Shown here one piece after another: positions 52,616 to 63,214 of a DNA stretch of 64,000 nucleotides. The notes beneath the pieces are model-generated. The model made no database searches. It was not told the origin of the DNA and was given only the letters and a program-made list of their open reading frames with translations. Position 1 is the stretch's first letter. Each line of letters begins with the position of its first letter. The stretch comes from Minisyncoccota bacterium (lineage in GTDB: Bacteria; Patescibacteriota; Minisyncoccia; Phycocordibacterales; UBA9973): NCBI GenBank assembly GCA_041650615.1, contig JBAZKU010000001.1:23385-87384 (forward strand), given 5' to 3'. The position numbers and the translations under genes are program-made.

Positions 52616-54054
52616 ATGATTGAGGATTTTACAAAGGTAGTCAAAGAGCTAGGAGTGTTTTTACTTATAGTTGCATTCGCGCTTCTTAGCTATTTCACTT
52701 TTAAATTTGATGTTGTAGCTCTTTGGGTTTACAAGATATTTCTTTTTGGAGTTTTGCCGATAGGGCTCACAATGTTCTTGGCTATACCGCGCATCAATTT
52801 TGGTTGCATTATGTGCAAGCAAGATTCATCTCTGGTATTGAATGGGTGCTTCTGGAAATTATTCCGCCGCGCGATGTCTTACGTTCTCCGAAAGCAATGG
52901 AGCTTTTTATAACCAACGCCCTCTATCATTTTAGTTGTAAAGGAGGACTTGAGACATATCAGCAAGGAGCAGTATGGTTTTGGTTTTCTCTGGAATTGGT
53001 ATCTATTGAAGGACAAGTGCACTTTTATATACATACCCCCTCGCGTATCAAAGGATTAATTGAGACTCAAATGTATGCGCAATTTCCCCAAGCGCAAGTA
53101 AAGATTGTGGAAGATTACACTTTGGCAGTTGATAAAATTACTCCCGATAGTACTTGGAACTTATGGGGTTGTGAATTTAAATTAACAAGACCCGACTCAT
53201 TCCCAATTAGAACTTATGTGGATTTTGGATTGGACAAAGATCCAAAGGAAGAATATAAAGTGGATCCTATTTCTCCAGTAGTGGAACTTTTTGGTTCTAT
53301 AGGCAAAGGAGAACAAATGTGGATGCAAATTGTTGTTACCCCTTCCAAGAAAAAATACCGCACTATGGAGAAAGGTCCCTCTCTTATACGTTTAGTAGAT
53401 AATATGTTGAAAGATGGCCTACTTTCTTGGTATGAATATCATGACTGGGTAAAAGAAGGAGAAATAACCATAAGAAGATCTTTGGCAGAATTTACACGTT
53501 ATCATGAAAGAAAAGGGATGTCTCCTGCAAAAGAAATTCGTGCTCCAGATTTCTTGAAGCCCATGATGGAAGGAGCTGCAAGGAAAATGTTAAAGGTTGG
53601 TTTTGATACTGGTATCAGAATATGCTATGTGGCAAAAAAAGAAGCGTTTAATATGAGTAATAGAAGAAATATTCGTCTTATTTTTCGCCAATATGCTATG
53701 CCTTTCGTAAATGAACTTACCCGCATAAATTCAACTCAGGCGGATGCTTTCGGCGGTAATATTATTTCTACCTTTTTCCCGCTTTCCAAGAAAAAGATTA
53801 TGCGTTTAGCGAACAGAATGCTCAATGAATATCGGGAGAGAGAATTTTTTCATCCGCCAATGCGTCACAAAATAGTATTGCCGTGGCCACTCTCTCCGGT
53901 TATTTTTCCGAACTTTTTTCATCATCATATCAATGTTTTAAACAGCGAAGAATTGGCAACCTTATGGCATTTCCCTGGTCAGATATTGAAAGTTCCTACT
54001 TTGGAACGTATAGAATCAAAAGAAGCCTCTCCACCTACCAATTTGCCGACATAA
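52616..54054 (+). pseudogene. Conserved CPR-type membrane protein split by an apparent 1-nt frameshift near 52780
   Basis: ORF 52616 gives the TM N-terminus (...LPIGLTMFL); ORF 52723 continues GYTAHQFWLHYVQARF...LLEIIPPRDV.RSPKAME...LNSEELATLWHFP. Confidence 0.6.
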
Positions 54055-54065
54055 TTTACTACTCG

Positions 54066-54168
54066 TCCCGTACTAAATTTTTGAGTAAAAATTGTTATTA
54101 TTTAATATAATTAGAAAGAAAAAATAAATGATACTTATTAGTAAGAATTTAAAATTTTAGTACTGGGA
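54066..54168. mobile_element. ATG-abutting inverted-repeat element (family A2)
   Basis: TCCCGTACTAAATTTTT...AAAATTTTAGTACTGGGA|TG at the mltG start. Confidence 0.8.
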
Positions 54169-55115
54169 TGGAAAATTTACCTTCATTGAATAATACCCCC
54201 GGTTTTTTTGATAGTAATTCTTTAAAACAAATTTTTTCAAAAAATAAGTTTGTTTTTTATATAGTTGGCATAATTATTATTCTAATACTTGTCTACTTTT
54301 TTCTTTTTAGCGCGCCGGGCGATTTTCCAGCCGGAACCATAGTAAACATAAAAGAAGGTTTAAGTTTGAGATATGTTTCTAGATATTTAAAAGAAAATCA
54401 TATAATTCGTTCAAGGGTTGCTTTTGAGACTTTTGCCATAATTTTCGGAGGTGAAAAGCATATAGTGTCAGGAGATTATTTATTTGAAAATAAAACACCC
54501 GTTTTGGAAATTGCCAGGCGAATATCCAAAGGTGAATGGGACTTGGCGCCGGTCAAAGTGACCATTCCGGAGGGTTTTGATATATCCGATATTTCAAAAG
54601 CCTTTGCTTTAAAACTGACAAATTTTGATGAAGTTAAGTTTTTATTGGAAGCGACAAAAAAAGAAGGCTATCTTTTTCCGGACACTTATTTTTTTCTGAC
54701 TACGGATAATGAGGAAGATGTATTGCAATCCATGAGTGATAATTTTGAGAAAAAAATAACACCAATTCTGCCTCAAATAATATCATCCGGCAAAACCGAA
54801 AAGGAAATTATAACTATGGCTTCCATAATTGAAAAAGAATCAAAGGGAGATGTTGATAGGGAATTTATTTCCGGAATTTTATGGAAAAGAATTATTATGG
54901 ATATACCTCTTCAAGTAGATGCTGACCTTAATACCTACAAAACAAAAGGATTGCCTAAAAATCCGATTTGCAACCCTGGTCTAAAATCCATAGAAGCTGC
55001 CATCTATCCAAAAAGTTCTCCCTATCTTTATTATTTGCATGACAAAGATGGCAATATTCATTATGCTAAAACTTTTGCCGAACATTTAGTAAATAAACAA
55101 AAGTATTTAAGATGA
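54168..55115 (+). CDS. mltG: Endolytic transglycosylase MltG
   Basis: VTIPEG, EGYLFPDTY, MASIIEKE, LQVD, NTY..GLP..PI.NPG. Confidence 0.92.
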   Translation: MENLPSLNNTPGFFDSNSLKQIFSKNKFVFYIVGIIIILILVYFFLFSAPGDFPAGTIVNIKEGLSLRYVSRYLKENHIIRSRVAFETFAIIFGGEKHIVSGDYLFENKTPVLEIARRISKGEWDLAPVKVTIPEGFDISDISKAFALKLTNFDEVKFLLEATKKEGYLFPDTYFFLTTDNEEDVLQSMSDNFEKKITPILPQIISSGKTEKEIITMASIIEKESKGDVDREFISGILWKRIIMDIPLQVDADLNTYKTKGLPKNPICNPGLKSIEAAIYPKSSPYLYYLHDKDGNIHYAKTFAEHLVNKQKYLR

Positions 55116-55639
55116 GAAACCACAATTTAGCTTTTATAGATATAGAAACCACCGGACTGGATGTGATAAAGCATGAAATTATTGAAATTGGCTGTGTAAT
55201 AACGACACCGAAGCTTAAAATTATTGAAAAATTTGAATTAAAAATAAAACCGGAACGAATAGAAGATGCTGACCCCATATCTCTCAAGATTATTCATTAT
55301 GATCCTCTTAATTGGAAAGATGCTCAAATCCTAGAAGAAGCTATGAAAATTTTTTCTAAAAAAGTCAAAGACTGTATTATGGTTGGGCACAATGTATCTT
55401 TTGATTCGGGATTTTTAGAACATGCTTTTTCAAAAACTGAATCTAAAAATCTTATGCATTATCATAAACTGGACACAGTTTCTATCACTTGGGCTAAATT
55501 GCACAGAAAAGCAAGTATCAGGCATTTTTCTTTACGGGAATTATGCAAACTTTTTGATATAAAAAATGAACATCCCCATAGCGCCTTGTCGGACGCCTAT
55601 GCCACCTTTGAGCTTTACAAAAAGCTTATGAAGGTGTAA
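55112..55639 (+). CDS. DEDDh 3'-5' exonuclease (DnaQ-like)
   Basis: DIETTG, GHNVSFD, HSALSDA. Confidence 0.9.
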   Translation: MRNHNLAFIDIETTGLDVIKHEIIEIGCVITTPKLKIIEKFELKIKPERIEDADPISLKIIHYDPLNWKDAQILEEAMKIFSKKVKDCIMVGHNVSFDSGFLEHAFSKTESKNLMHYHKLDTVSITWAKLHRKASIRHFSLRELCKLFDIKNEHPHSALSDAYATFELYKKLMKV

Positions 55640-55750
55640 AATAAGTGGGTTCATAAGTTAGAGTTATGAACCGTTAAAGGGTGTGAGGCAAGTCGACTTT
55701 TTTAGTACGGCTTGCCTTTTTTATTTACAAACGCAAATAATATAGCTATT

Positions 55751-57016
55751 ATGGCAATAATGCCAAAAGAGTTAAAAAATAAAAAAATAGTATTTGTCGG
55801 TTTATCAGGCGGTGTTGATAGCGCTGTTTCGGCAGCGTTGCTTAAAAAACAGGGATATGAAGTTGTTGGGGTTTTTATACGCACTTGGCATCCGGGATTT
55901 CTGGAATGTAACGAAGAAGAAGAACGTCTTGATGCGATGCGGGTAGCGGCGCATTTAGATATTCCATTTTTAACTTTTGATTTGGAAAAAATATATAAAA
56001 AAGAAGTTGCCGATTATATGATAAAAGAATACAGAGCCGGTAGAACGCCTAATCCGGATGTAATGTGTAACAAAGAAGTCAAATTTGGCGCATTTCTAAA
56101 AAAAGCAATTTCCATGGGAGCAGATTTTGTAGCGACGGGACATTATGCGAGCATTTCTGCAGAAGAATGTTTTTATGAGATTCCGGAGGCGCGTAGCTTG
56201 GGGCAGTCAAGGGTTTATCCCTTGACGGCGCAGCGCCGAGGACAAAGCAAGAATGCCGCCGGAGCATTCTTGCGTGCTCAGAAAAATATTTTTCTGCAGA
56301 AGGGGATTGATCCAACAAAAGACCAAAGTTATTTTCTTTGGACTTTAAAACAAGAACAACTAAAGAAAATTTTATTTTCCATCGGCCACTTGAAAAAAAC
56401 CGAAGTTCGCAAACTGGCAAAGAAATTTAATTTGCCGGTGGCAGAAAAAAAAGACAGCCAAGGCATTTGCTTTTTGGGCGCGGTGGATTTAAAAGAATTT
56501 TTAAAACACTACATTAAAGAAAAAAAGGGGAAAGTTTTAAATGAGAAAGGGGAGGAAATAGGATATCACGATGGAGTGTTTTTTCATACCTTAGGGGAAC
56601 GTCATGGTTTTACTATTACTAAAAAAAGCCCGAGTGACGGTCCATACTATATAGTAGGTAAAAATGTAAAGAAGAATATACTTTATGTATCACAGAATAT
56701 AAAGCAGATGCTTTTTCACGGCTCGCACTCGAACCTGAATGTGGTTCACGAACCTAATATTGCGTATGCCGAAAAAAGCACTGCTTTATATTCTGTAAAG
56801 ATTAAAAACACAAATTGGATTTCCGAAATTCCTAAACTAGGGAAACAATATACTACTCAAATTCGTTATCATAGTGAATTTTTGCCGTGTAAAATTAAAA
56901 TCATCAATAAGACAAAAGCTGAAATACTATTTAAGAAGCCCGTTTTAGTCGCTTCCGAGCAATCTTGCGTTATATATGATGGAAATATTTGTCTAGGAGG
57001 AGGAATTGTTATATGA
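55751..57016 (+). CDS. mnmA: tRNA 2-thiouridylase MnmA with two in-frame palindromic inserts
   Basis: SGGVDS, TPNPDVMCN, ATGHYA, KDQSYFL, DSQGICF. Confidence 0.95.
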   Translation: MAIMPKELKNKKIVFVGLSGGVDSAVSAALLKKQGYEVVGVFIRTWHPGFLECNEEEERLDAMRVAAHLDIPFLTFDLEKIYKKEVADYMIKEYRAGRTPNPDVMCNKEVKFGAFLKKAISMGADFVATGHYASISAEECFYEIPEARSLGQSRVYPLTAQRRGQSKNAAGAFLRAQKNIFLQKGIDPTKDQSYFLWTLKQEQLKKILFSIGHLKKTEVRKLAKKFNLPVAEKKDSQGICFLGAVDLKEFLKHYIKEKKGKVLNEKGEEIGYHDGVFFHTLGERHGFTITKKSPSDGPYYIVGKNVKKNILYVSQNIKQMLFHGSHSNLNVVHEPNIAYAEKSTALYSVKIKNTNWISEIPKLGKQYTTQIRYHSEFLPCKIKIINKTKAEILFKKPVLVASEQSCVIYDGNICLGGGIVI

Positions 57017-57028
57017 TATATACATGGA

Positions 57029-57106
57029 TCCCGTTAGAAATAGGAAATCTTTAGATTTCCGTCTAGCTAACCAGATTCATAATTATTAGCTTAATTTCTA
57101 ACGGGA
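57029..57106. mobile_element. ATG-abutting inverted-repeat element (family A), copy 7
   Basis: ATGGA|TCCCGTTAGAAAT...ATTTCTAACGGGA|TGGA. Confidence 0.85.
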
Positions 57107-57585
57107 TGGAACAATTTTTTACACAAAATGGGGACATTATTTTAAAATTAATTATTGCAGTTGTACTAGGTATGTTTATCGGAGCTGAACGTACCTTAGT
57201 GCATAAAGAAGCTGGAATGAGAACCCATGCTCTTGTTGCTATGGGTGCGGCTCTTTTTATAATTATTTCTGAGGCTATAGCTCTCCAATATATCAACATA
57301 GAAAGTTTTGATCCCACTCGAATAGCTTCTCAAGTTATTGTCGGTATAGGATTTTTGGGCGCTGGTTCTATTATTTTTTCCGGTTCTCGTTTGAGAGGTC
57401 TTACTACAGCCGGAGGACTTTGGGTTACGGCAGGCATAGGTATGGCTTGCGGTTTTGGACTTTTTAATTTGGCCATTATTTCTAGTGTTTTAGTCCTTTT
57501 CATTTTTATTGTCTTGAATATTTTTGAAAAGCCAATTATAAAAATTTCTGATGAGAATTTAAGCAAAGAAAAACACAACAGTTAA
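57106..57585 (+). CDS. MgtC/SapB family protein
   Basis: IGAER...AGMRTH, DPTRIASQVIVGIGFLGAG, GLTTA. Confidence 0.92.
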   Translation: MEQFFTQNGDIILKLIIAVVLGMFIGAERTLVHKEAGMRTHALVAMGAALFIIISEAIALQYINIESFDPTRIASQVIVGIGFLGAGSIIFSGSRLRGLTTAGGLWVTAGIGMACGFGLFNLAIISSVLVLFIFIVLNIFEKPIIKISDENLSKEKHNS

Positions 57586-57590
57586 CTTAT

Positions 57591-59273
57591 ATGGAATCCA
57601 GTGAAATTAGATCAAGATTTTTAAAATTTTTTGAGGCCCGTGGGCATAAAATAATACCATCTTCTTCTTTAATTCCCGAAAATGATCCTTCGGTTCTTTT
57701 TACCACTGCCGGGATGCAACAATTTAAAAAATATTACACCAATCCAAAAGAGGCGGAAAAAGATTTTGGCAGTTTGAATGTGGTTACTGTTCAAAAATGC
57801 GTGCGTACCGGAGATATTGATGAAGTTGGCGATTCTTCACACCTGACATTTTTTGAAATGTTGGGTAATTTTTCTTTTGGCGGATATGGCAGGCGCGAAG
57901 CGATAGGGTACGCCTATGATTTTATTGTTAAAGAACTTGGTTTGGAAATTTCTTATGTGACAGTTTATAAAGGAAGCAAGAATGTCCCAAAAGATGAGGA
58001 ATCAGAAAAAATTTGGGAAGAAATTGGAATTAAAAATATTAAAGAAGAAGGGGAAGATGTGTTTTGGGGTCCGACAGGGGATTCCGGTCCTTGTGGTCCG
58101 ACCACAGAAATATATTGCAAAAATGCAAACGGTGAAGATGTTGAAACTTGGAACATTGTTTTTAATGAATATTTTTGCGATGGTTCTCGCGAAAAGCTGG
58201 ATAAAGGCGAAGCGGCCCTTAAAAAATTAGATATATTGGGTGTTGATACGGGGATGGGACTTGAACGCTTAGTTTCCATCGTGCAAAGAAAGAAAAATGT
58301 TTATGACACTGATTTATTTAATAACGAAAAAACTAAAGAAGAACGCATTGTGGCAGACCATGTTAAATCAGCCCTTTTTGTGATTTCGGACGGAGTAATT
58401 CCTTCAAATACTGGTCGTGGCTATGTATTAAGAAGATTAATTCGTCGTGCGGTAAGATTTTCAAAAGAATCATTAAATAATAAAATTAGTGAAATTAAAA
58501 ATATATATAAGGGTATTTATAATTTAGATGATAAAGAGATAATCAAGGAAGAGGAAGAGAAGTTTAAAAAAACATTAGATGATGGTTTAAGAATAATAGA
58601 TAAGACTGTAAATAAATCAGATATCAGTCTCTCAGCTAAATTCTTTTTCGATTTATATCAGACACACGGGTTTCCTTTTGAACTAGCAATTGAAGAAATT
58701 AATAAAAGAAGAAAACTATCCCTACCTAATGATATAAAAGATCATTTTAATAAATTGTTTGAAGAACACCAAAAGCTTTCACAAACTGCTTCCGCCGGAA
58801 TGTTTAAGGGCGGGTTGGCAGGTACAGGAGAAATGGAAATAAAATACCATACGGCGACGCATTTATTAAATGCGGCGTTGCGGATTGTCCTTGGTAATCA
58901 CGTTATTCAGAAGGGAAGCAATATTAATACGGAACGATTGCGTTTTGATTTTTCTCATCCGCAAAAAATGACCGAAGAAGAAAAGAAAAAAGTGGAAGAA
59001 ATAGTAAATGACAAAATTGCTGAAAAATTACCCGTTAGTTTTGTGGAAATGCCTAAAGTTGAGGCGGAAAAAATTGCCCTTCATTCTTTTAATGAAAAAT
59101 ATGGCGATATAGTAAAAGTTTACTTCATAGGAGATGAAAAAACGGGTTATTTTAGCAGAGAATTTTGTGGAGGTCCGCATGTGAAAAATACTTCTGAATT
59201 GGGTCATTTTAAAATTCAAAAAGAGGAAGCAGTTTCAGCCGGGGTCAGACGGATAAAAGCCATACTTGAATAG
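57591..59273 (+). CDS. alaS: Alanine--tRNA ligase (short, lacks the C-Ala domain)
   Basis: LFTTAGMQ, HLTFFEMLGNFSFG, DTGMGLER, HTATHLL, EFCGGPH. Confidence 0.95.
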   Translation: MESSEIRSRFLKFFEARGHKIIPSSSLIPENDPSVLFTTAGMQQFKKYYTNPKEAEKDFGSLNVVTVQKCVRTGDIDEVGDSSHLTFFEMLGNFSFGGYGRREAIGYAYDFIVKELGLEISYVTVYKGSKNVPKDEESEKIWEEIGIKNIKEEGEDVFWGPTGDSGPCGPTTEIYCKNANGEDVETWNIVFNEYFCDGSREKLDKGEAALKKLDILGVDTGMGLERLVSIVQRKKNVYDTDLFNNEKTKEERIVADHVKSALFVISDGVIPSNTGRGYVLRRLIRRAVRFSKESLNNKISEIKNIYKGIYNLDDKEIIKEEEEKFKKTLDDGLRIIDKTVNKSDISLSAKFFFDLYQTHGFPFELAIEEINKRRKLSLPNDIKDHFNKLFEEHQKLSQTASAGMFKGGLAGTGEMEIKYHTATHLLNAALRIVLGNHVIQKGSNINTERLRFDFSHPQKMTEEEKKKVEEIVNDKIAEKLPVSFVEMPKVEAEKIALHSFNEKYGDIVKVYFIGDEKTGYFSREFCGGPHVKNTSELGHFKIQKEEAVSAGVRRIKAILE

Positions 59274-59294
59274 TTTTTATGGTATAATTTGCAC

Positions 59295-60470
59295 ATGAGA
59301 GTCTTTTCTAAGCAAAAAGAAGAAAAGGAAACAGTATTGGTTTTTGATATAGGATCTTCTTCTGTCGGAGGTGCGCTTTTTGAAACGCAAAAATCAGGAA
59401 TTCCCAAAATAATTTTTTCTATTCGTGAACCAATAATCCTGGAAGAGAAAATTGATACTGACAGATTTTTATTCTTAACCTTAAAATCGCTTGATATAGT
59501 AACCGAAAAAATATGCAAAAGGGGCGCAGGAAAACCATCCAGAATTTTCTGTGTTCTTTCATCGCCTTGGTATGCTTCTCAAACCAGAATTATTAAATTT
59601 GAAAAAAATACGCCTTTTTTATTCAGCCCAAAACTTGCCGACGACTTGATCAAAAAAGAAATAAATCTTTTTGAAGAAGAACATTTGGCTAAATTTTCAC
59701 AAACTGATAGCAAAATTCGTCCGATTGAATTTAAAAACATAAAAACTACATTAAATGGCTATGTGACCTCTGATCCTTTCAATAAAAAAGTTAAAAGACT
59801 TGAGATGATTATTTTTATTTCAATGAGCGGGGAGAAAATATTGGGGAAAATAGAAGATATAATATTTAAGCATTTTCATTCCAAAGATATAAAATTTTTT
59901 TCTTTCGCTATGGCATCTTTTGCTGTGGCCCGGGGCATGTTTGTTAAACAAGAGGATTTTCTTTTAGTTGATATTAGCGGGGAAGTAACAGATATTTCCA
60001 TAATAAAGAAAGATATCCTTAGTAATTCTATTTCATATCCCTTAGGTCCGAATTTTATAATACGTAAGGTGGCAAAAAGCCTAAATTGCACCTTAAGTGA
60101 AGCAAAATCTTTTATTTCCCTTTATAAAGATGAACATGCAATAATGTCCGTCAAGAAAAAACTTGAGCCGATTATGGAGAAATTAAAAAAGGAATGGCTG
60201 GCTGGATTTCAAGAATCTTTAGTCAATCTTTCAAATGATATTTCTGTTCCTTCAACTATTTTTGTAACAGTAGACCAGGAATTAGCCGATTTCTTTGGAG
60301 ATATTATTAAAACTGACCGATTTAGCCAATTCACTTTGACTGAATCTGAATTTAAAATTATTTTTTTAGGCGCAGAGATGTTCCATAATATTACAGCTTT
60401 TAAAAATAACGTAAATCGTGACCCATTTCTTATGATTGAATCCATTTTCATTAATCGTTTTATTTGTTAA
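59295..60470 (+). CDS. Actin-fold (FtsA/PilM-like) protein
   Basis: VFDIGSSSV and LVDISGEVTDI phosphate-loop-like motifs. Confidence 0.65.
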   Translation: MRVFSKQKEEKETVLVFDIGSSSVGGALFETQKSGIPKIIFSIREPIILEEKIDTDRFLFLTLKSLDIVTEKICKRGAGKPSRIFCVLSSPWYASQTRIIKFEKNTPFLFSPKLADDLIKKEINLFEEEHLAKFSQTDSKIRPIEFKNIKTTLNGYVTSDPFNKKVKRLEMIIFISMSGEKILGKIEDIIFKHFHSKDIKFFSFAMASFAVARGMFVKQEDFLLVDISGEVTDISIIKKDILSNSISYPLGPNFIIRKVAKSLNCTLSEAKSFISLYKDEHAIMSVKKKLEPIMEKLKKEWLAGFQESLVNLSNDISVPSTIFVTVDQELADFFGDIIKTDRFSQFTLTESEFKIIFLGAEMFHNITAFKNNVNRDPFLMIESIFINRFIC

Positions 60471-60479
60471 AATATAATT

Positions 60480-61766
60480 ATGCCAAGAAATTTACTTCAA
60501 GACATGGTAAAGGTAAAAAATCCTAGACCTACGTTTATAAAGGGGAGAGAGAGACCTGTTCGCAATACTTTTGATGTAACTAGCTTAGGCGAGAAAGAAA
60601 AAGTTCCCAGTGAAAAAAAGCCAAGTAATAAAGGGCCTAAATATAGGATTTATTTTGTTGCCTTAATCTCTGTTGTATTTCTTCTTTTTGCTCTCTCTTT
60701 TTTATTTTCCAAGGCAAAAATTACTATTATTCCCGAAGTAAAAGAAATACCTTTGAGTAATGAAAATCTATCCGCCGTTAAAGACTTAAGTACGCAAGAT
60801 TTGTCTTTTGATCTAGTAATGATTCCGGGGGAAGAAAATAAGACGATTCAAGGAGGGGAAGTGAAAGAGGTAGCAATTGCAGCTACGGGTACAGTAATGA
60901 TTTACAATGCCTATAGTTCTTCTCCGCAGAATCTTGATATAGATACCCGTTTAGAAGGTTCAAATGGAAAAATTTATAAAACAAATAAAAAAATAACCGT
61001 ACCGGGTATGGTAAAAGACAAGCCTGGAAGTGTTGAAGTTGGTATTTACGGAGCGGGGCCCGGAGAAGAATATAATAGCGCTCCGCTTGATTTTAAAATT
61101 TTTGGTTTCAAGGGGACACCTAAATATTCTAAATTTTACGGCAGGTCAAAAGGAGAAATAACCGGCGGATTTACGGGAAAATCTCCGGTTGTGTCCGAGT
61201 TAGATAAAACAATTGCGGCAAGTGAACTTAAAACAACCCTTCAAGCTAATTTATTAAAAAAAGTAACAAGCCAAATTCCGGATGGATTTGTTTTATTCAA
61301 AAATGCCGTATTTACCAATATTGATGAAAAAAATGTTAACTCTACTCTTAATGAAGATAATACGGTTTTAGTAAGTATAAAGGGTACACTTTATGGATTT
61401 ATTTTTGATGAAAAAAAACTGACAAAAAAAATAGCCCAGGATATTATTGATAAATATGACGGAAGCGAAGTTTATATACCAAATATTCAAGATTTAACTT
61501 TCTCCTTGGCTGATAAAGATAACATTTCTTTTGCGGATGTAAAAAGCATAAACTTCAGTTTATCAGGCACTCCTAAAATTGTTTGGAAAGTGGATGAAGC
61601 GAAATTTATTTCTGATCTCTTAGGTAAAAGGAAAACCGATTTCAATCAGGTTCTGGCGCAATATCCAAGCATTGATACCGCGCAACTGGTAATTCGTCCT
61701 TTTTGGAAAGCTTCTTTTCCTGACAAAAACAGCGGTTTCGAAATCATCGTAGATTATCCGAAATAA
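60480..61766 (+). CDS. Single-TM protein with a possible baseplate-J-like region
   Basis: ATGTVMIYN...TRL...GKIYKT..ITVPG...GEEYN...ITGGF. Confidence 0.6.
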   Translation: MPRNLLQDMVKVKNPRPTFIKGRERPVRNTFDVTSLGEKEKVPSEKKPSNKGPKYRIYFVALISVVFLLFALSFLFSKAKITIIPEVKEIPLSNENLSAVKDLSTQDLSFDLVMIPGEENKTIQGGEVKEVAIAATGTVMIYNAYSSSPQNLDIDTRLEGSNGKIYKTNKKITVPGMVKDKPGSVEVGIYGAGPGEEYNSAPLDFKIFGFKGTPKYSKFYGRSKGEITGGFTGKSPVVSELDKTIAASELKTTLQANLLKKVTSQIPDGFVLFKNAVFTNIDEKNVNSTLNEDNTVLVSIKGTLYGFIFDEKKLTKKIAQDIIDKYDGSEVYIPNIQDLTFSLADKDNISFADVKSINFSLSGTPKIVWKVDEAKFISDLLGKRKTDFNQVLAQYPSIDTAQLVIRPFWKASFPDKNSGFEIIVDYPK

Positions 61767-61833
61767 ATTTATAGATTTATTAACGTTAAAATATTGACCT
61801 ATAGTTATAAATTTAGTATGATGAGTTATCTCA

Positions 61834-62100
61834 ATGAGTGACCCAAAAAACGAAAAAATATTAATGGCAAGGGGAGTGGTGACCGAATCACTACCCTCTA
61901 CTTTGTTTAGGGTAAAAATACCTGTCCGCAATGCTTCGCAAAGCGATACAGGCGGGGAAGATAAAGAAGAAGAAAAAGAAATTTTGGCATATCTTTCGGG
62001 GAAAATGCGCATGCATCGGATTAAAGTTTTAATCGGGGATTCGGTGGAAGTCGTACTGGATTCCTATGGTGGAAAAGGAAGAATAGTAAAAAGGTTGTAA
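61834..62100 (+). CDS. infA: Translation initiation factor IF-1 with an in-frame insert
   Basis: GVVTESLPSTLFRV...AYLSGKMRMHRIKVLIGDSV. Confidence 0.93.
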   Translation: MSDPKNEKILMARGVVTESLPSTLFRVKIPVRNASQSDTGGEDKEEEKEILAYLSGKMRMHRIKVLIGDSVEVVLDSYGGKGRIVKRL

Positions 62101-62220
62101 TTTTTTTAAGGATGGTGTATCATATTAATTACGGTTTATAAAAAGTTAAAAACACTGAAAAATAAGGGTTTTTCCCTTGTTTTTGTCTTGTTTTGATAAA
62201 GTTTGCCCCGTTTTTATTCT

Positions 62221-62331
62221 ATGCGAGTCAGATCAACCATAAAAAAAATATGTGATAACTGTAAAATGGTAAAACGCCAAAGACATTTGCGCGTTATTTG
62301 TTCTAATCCGAAACATAAGCAAAAACAATAA
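62221..62331 (+). CDS. rpmJ: 50S ribosomal protein L36, not in the ORF track
   Basis: [36 protein letters not shown] between infA and rpsM. Confidence 0.93.
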   Translation: MRVRSTIKKICDNCKMVKRQRHLRVICSNPKHKQKQ

Positions 62332-62333
62332 TT

Positions 62334-62714
62334 ATGAGAATTCTTGGAATAACAGTACCAGACGAAAAAAGACTCGAGATTGGTTTGACAGTCCTATTTG
62401 GTGTTGGTATTTCGACTGCCAGAAAAATTTTAAAACAAGTCAGTATAGATGTCGGGAAAAAGGCAAAAGATCTCACGCCTGACGAGGAAAATAAAATTCG
62501 CACTATAATTGAAAGTATGAAAATTGAAGGGAACTTAAAAAGAGAAATTGCCGGCAATATAAAAAGATTAAAAGACATAAAAACTTACCGAGGTATCAGA
62601 CATATGAAAAGATTACCAGTCAGGGGGCAGCGAACAAAAAGTAATTCCAGGACTGTCAGAGGCAATGTAAGAAAAACAATGGCATCAGGTAAGAGAAAAG
62701 AAAGTAAGACATAA
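62334..62714 (+). CDS. rpsM: 30S ribosomal protein S13
   Basis: YRGIRH..LPVRGQRTKSN. Confidence 0.97.
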   Translation: MRILGITVPDEKRLEIGLTVLFGVGISTARKILKQVSIDVGKKAKDLTPDEENKIRTIIESMKIEGNLKREIAGNIKRLKDIKTYRGIRHMKRLPVRGQRTKSNSRTVRGNVRKTMASGKRKESKT

Positions 62715-62725
62715 TAATTAAAAAA

Positions 62726-63199
62726 ATGGCAAAGACAAAACTTACAACTAAACCAGCTGAAGAAGTAAAAACAGAAATTACTCCAAAACTTGCCTCGACA
62801 GTAGGCGGAGAGGGAGAAGTGAAGGCGGCTGTCATAAAAACACCTAGGAAAAAAATAACCTCTGGAATTTTATTTGTTGATGCGACTTTTAATAATACCA
62901 AAGTTCTTTTTGGAGATAAATTAGGAAATACATTATTTTGGTCAAGTGCAGGAACGCTTGGTTTCAGAGGAGCAAAAAAGGGGACTCCCTTTGCCGCTTC
63001 CAAGGTGGGTGATTTAATTGGTGATAAAGCAGTTGCGCTTGGAGTAAAAGATTCAGGCGTAGTAGTACGAGGTGTCGGATCCGGACGTGAACCAGCTATT
63101 AGAGCATTTATGGCTCATGGTATAGAGATAACTTCCATTAAAGATGCTACCCCAGTGCCTCACAACGGACCAAAAGCCAAAAAGCCAAGACGAGTATAA
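62726..63199 (+). CDS. rpsK: 30S ribosomal protein S11 with an N-terminal extension
   Basis: ATFNNT, GAKKGTPFAA, TPVPHNG. Confidence 0.97.
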   Translation: MAKTKLTTKPAEEVKTEITPKLASTVGGEGEVKAAVIKTPRKKITSGILFVDATFNNTKVLFGDKLGNTLFWSSAGTLGFRGAKKGTPFAASKVGDLIGDKAVALGVKDSGVVVRGVGSGREPAIRAFMAHGIEITSIKDATPVPHNGPKAKKPRRV

Positions 63200-63214
63200 T
63201 TTTTACATAACAAT

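Noticed and set aside
40941-59273. Short infB and alaS as pseudogenes
   Set aside because: Catalytic motifs are intact; domain trimming is typical of reduced genomes.
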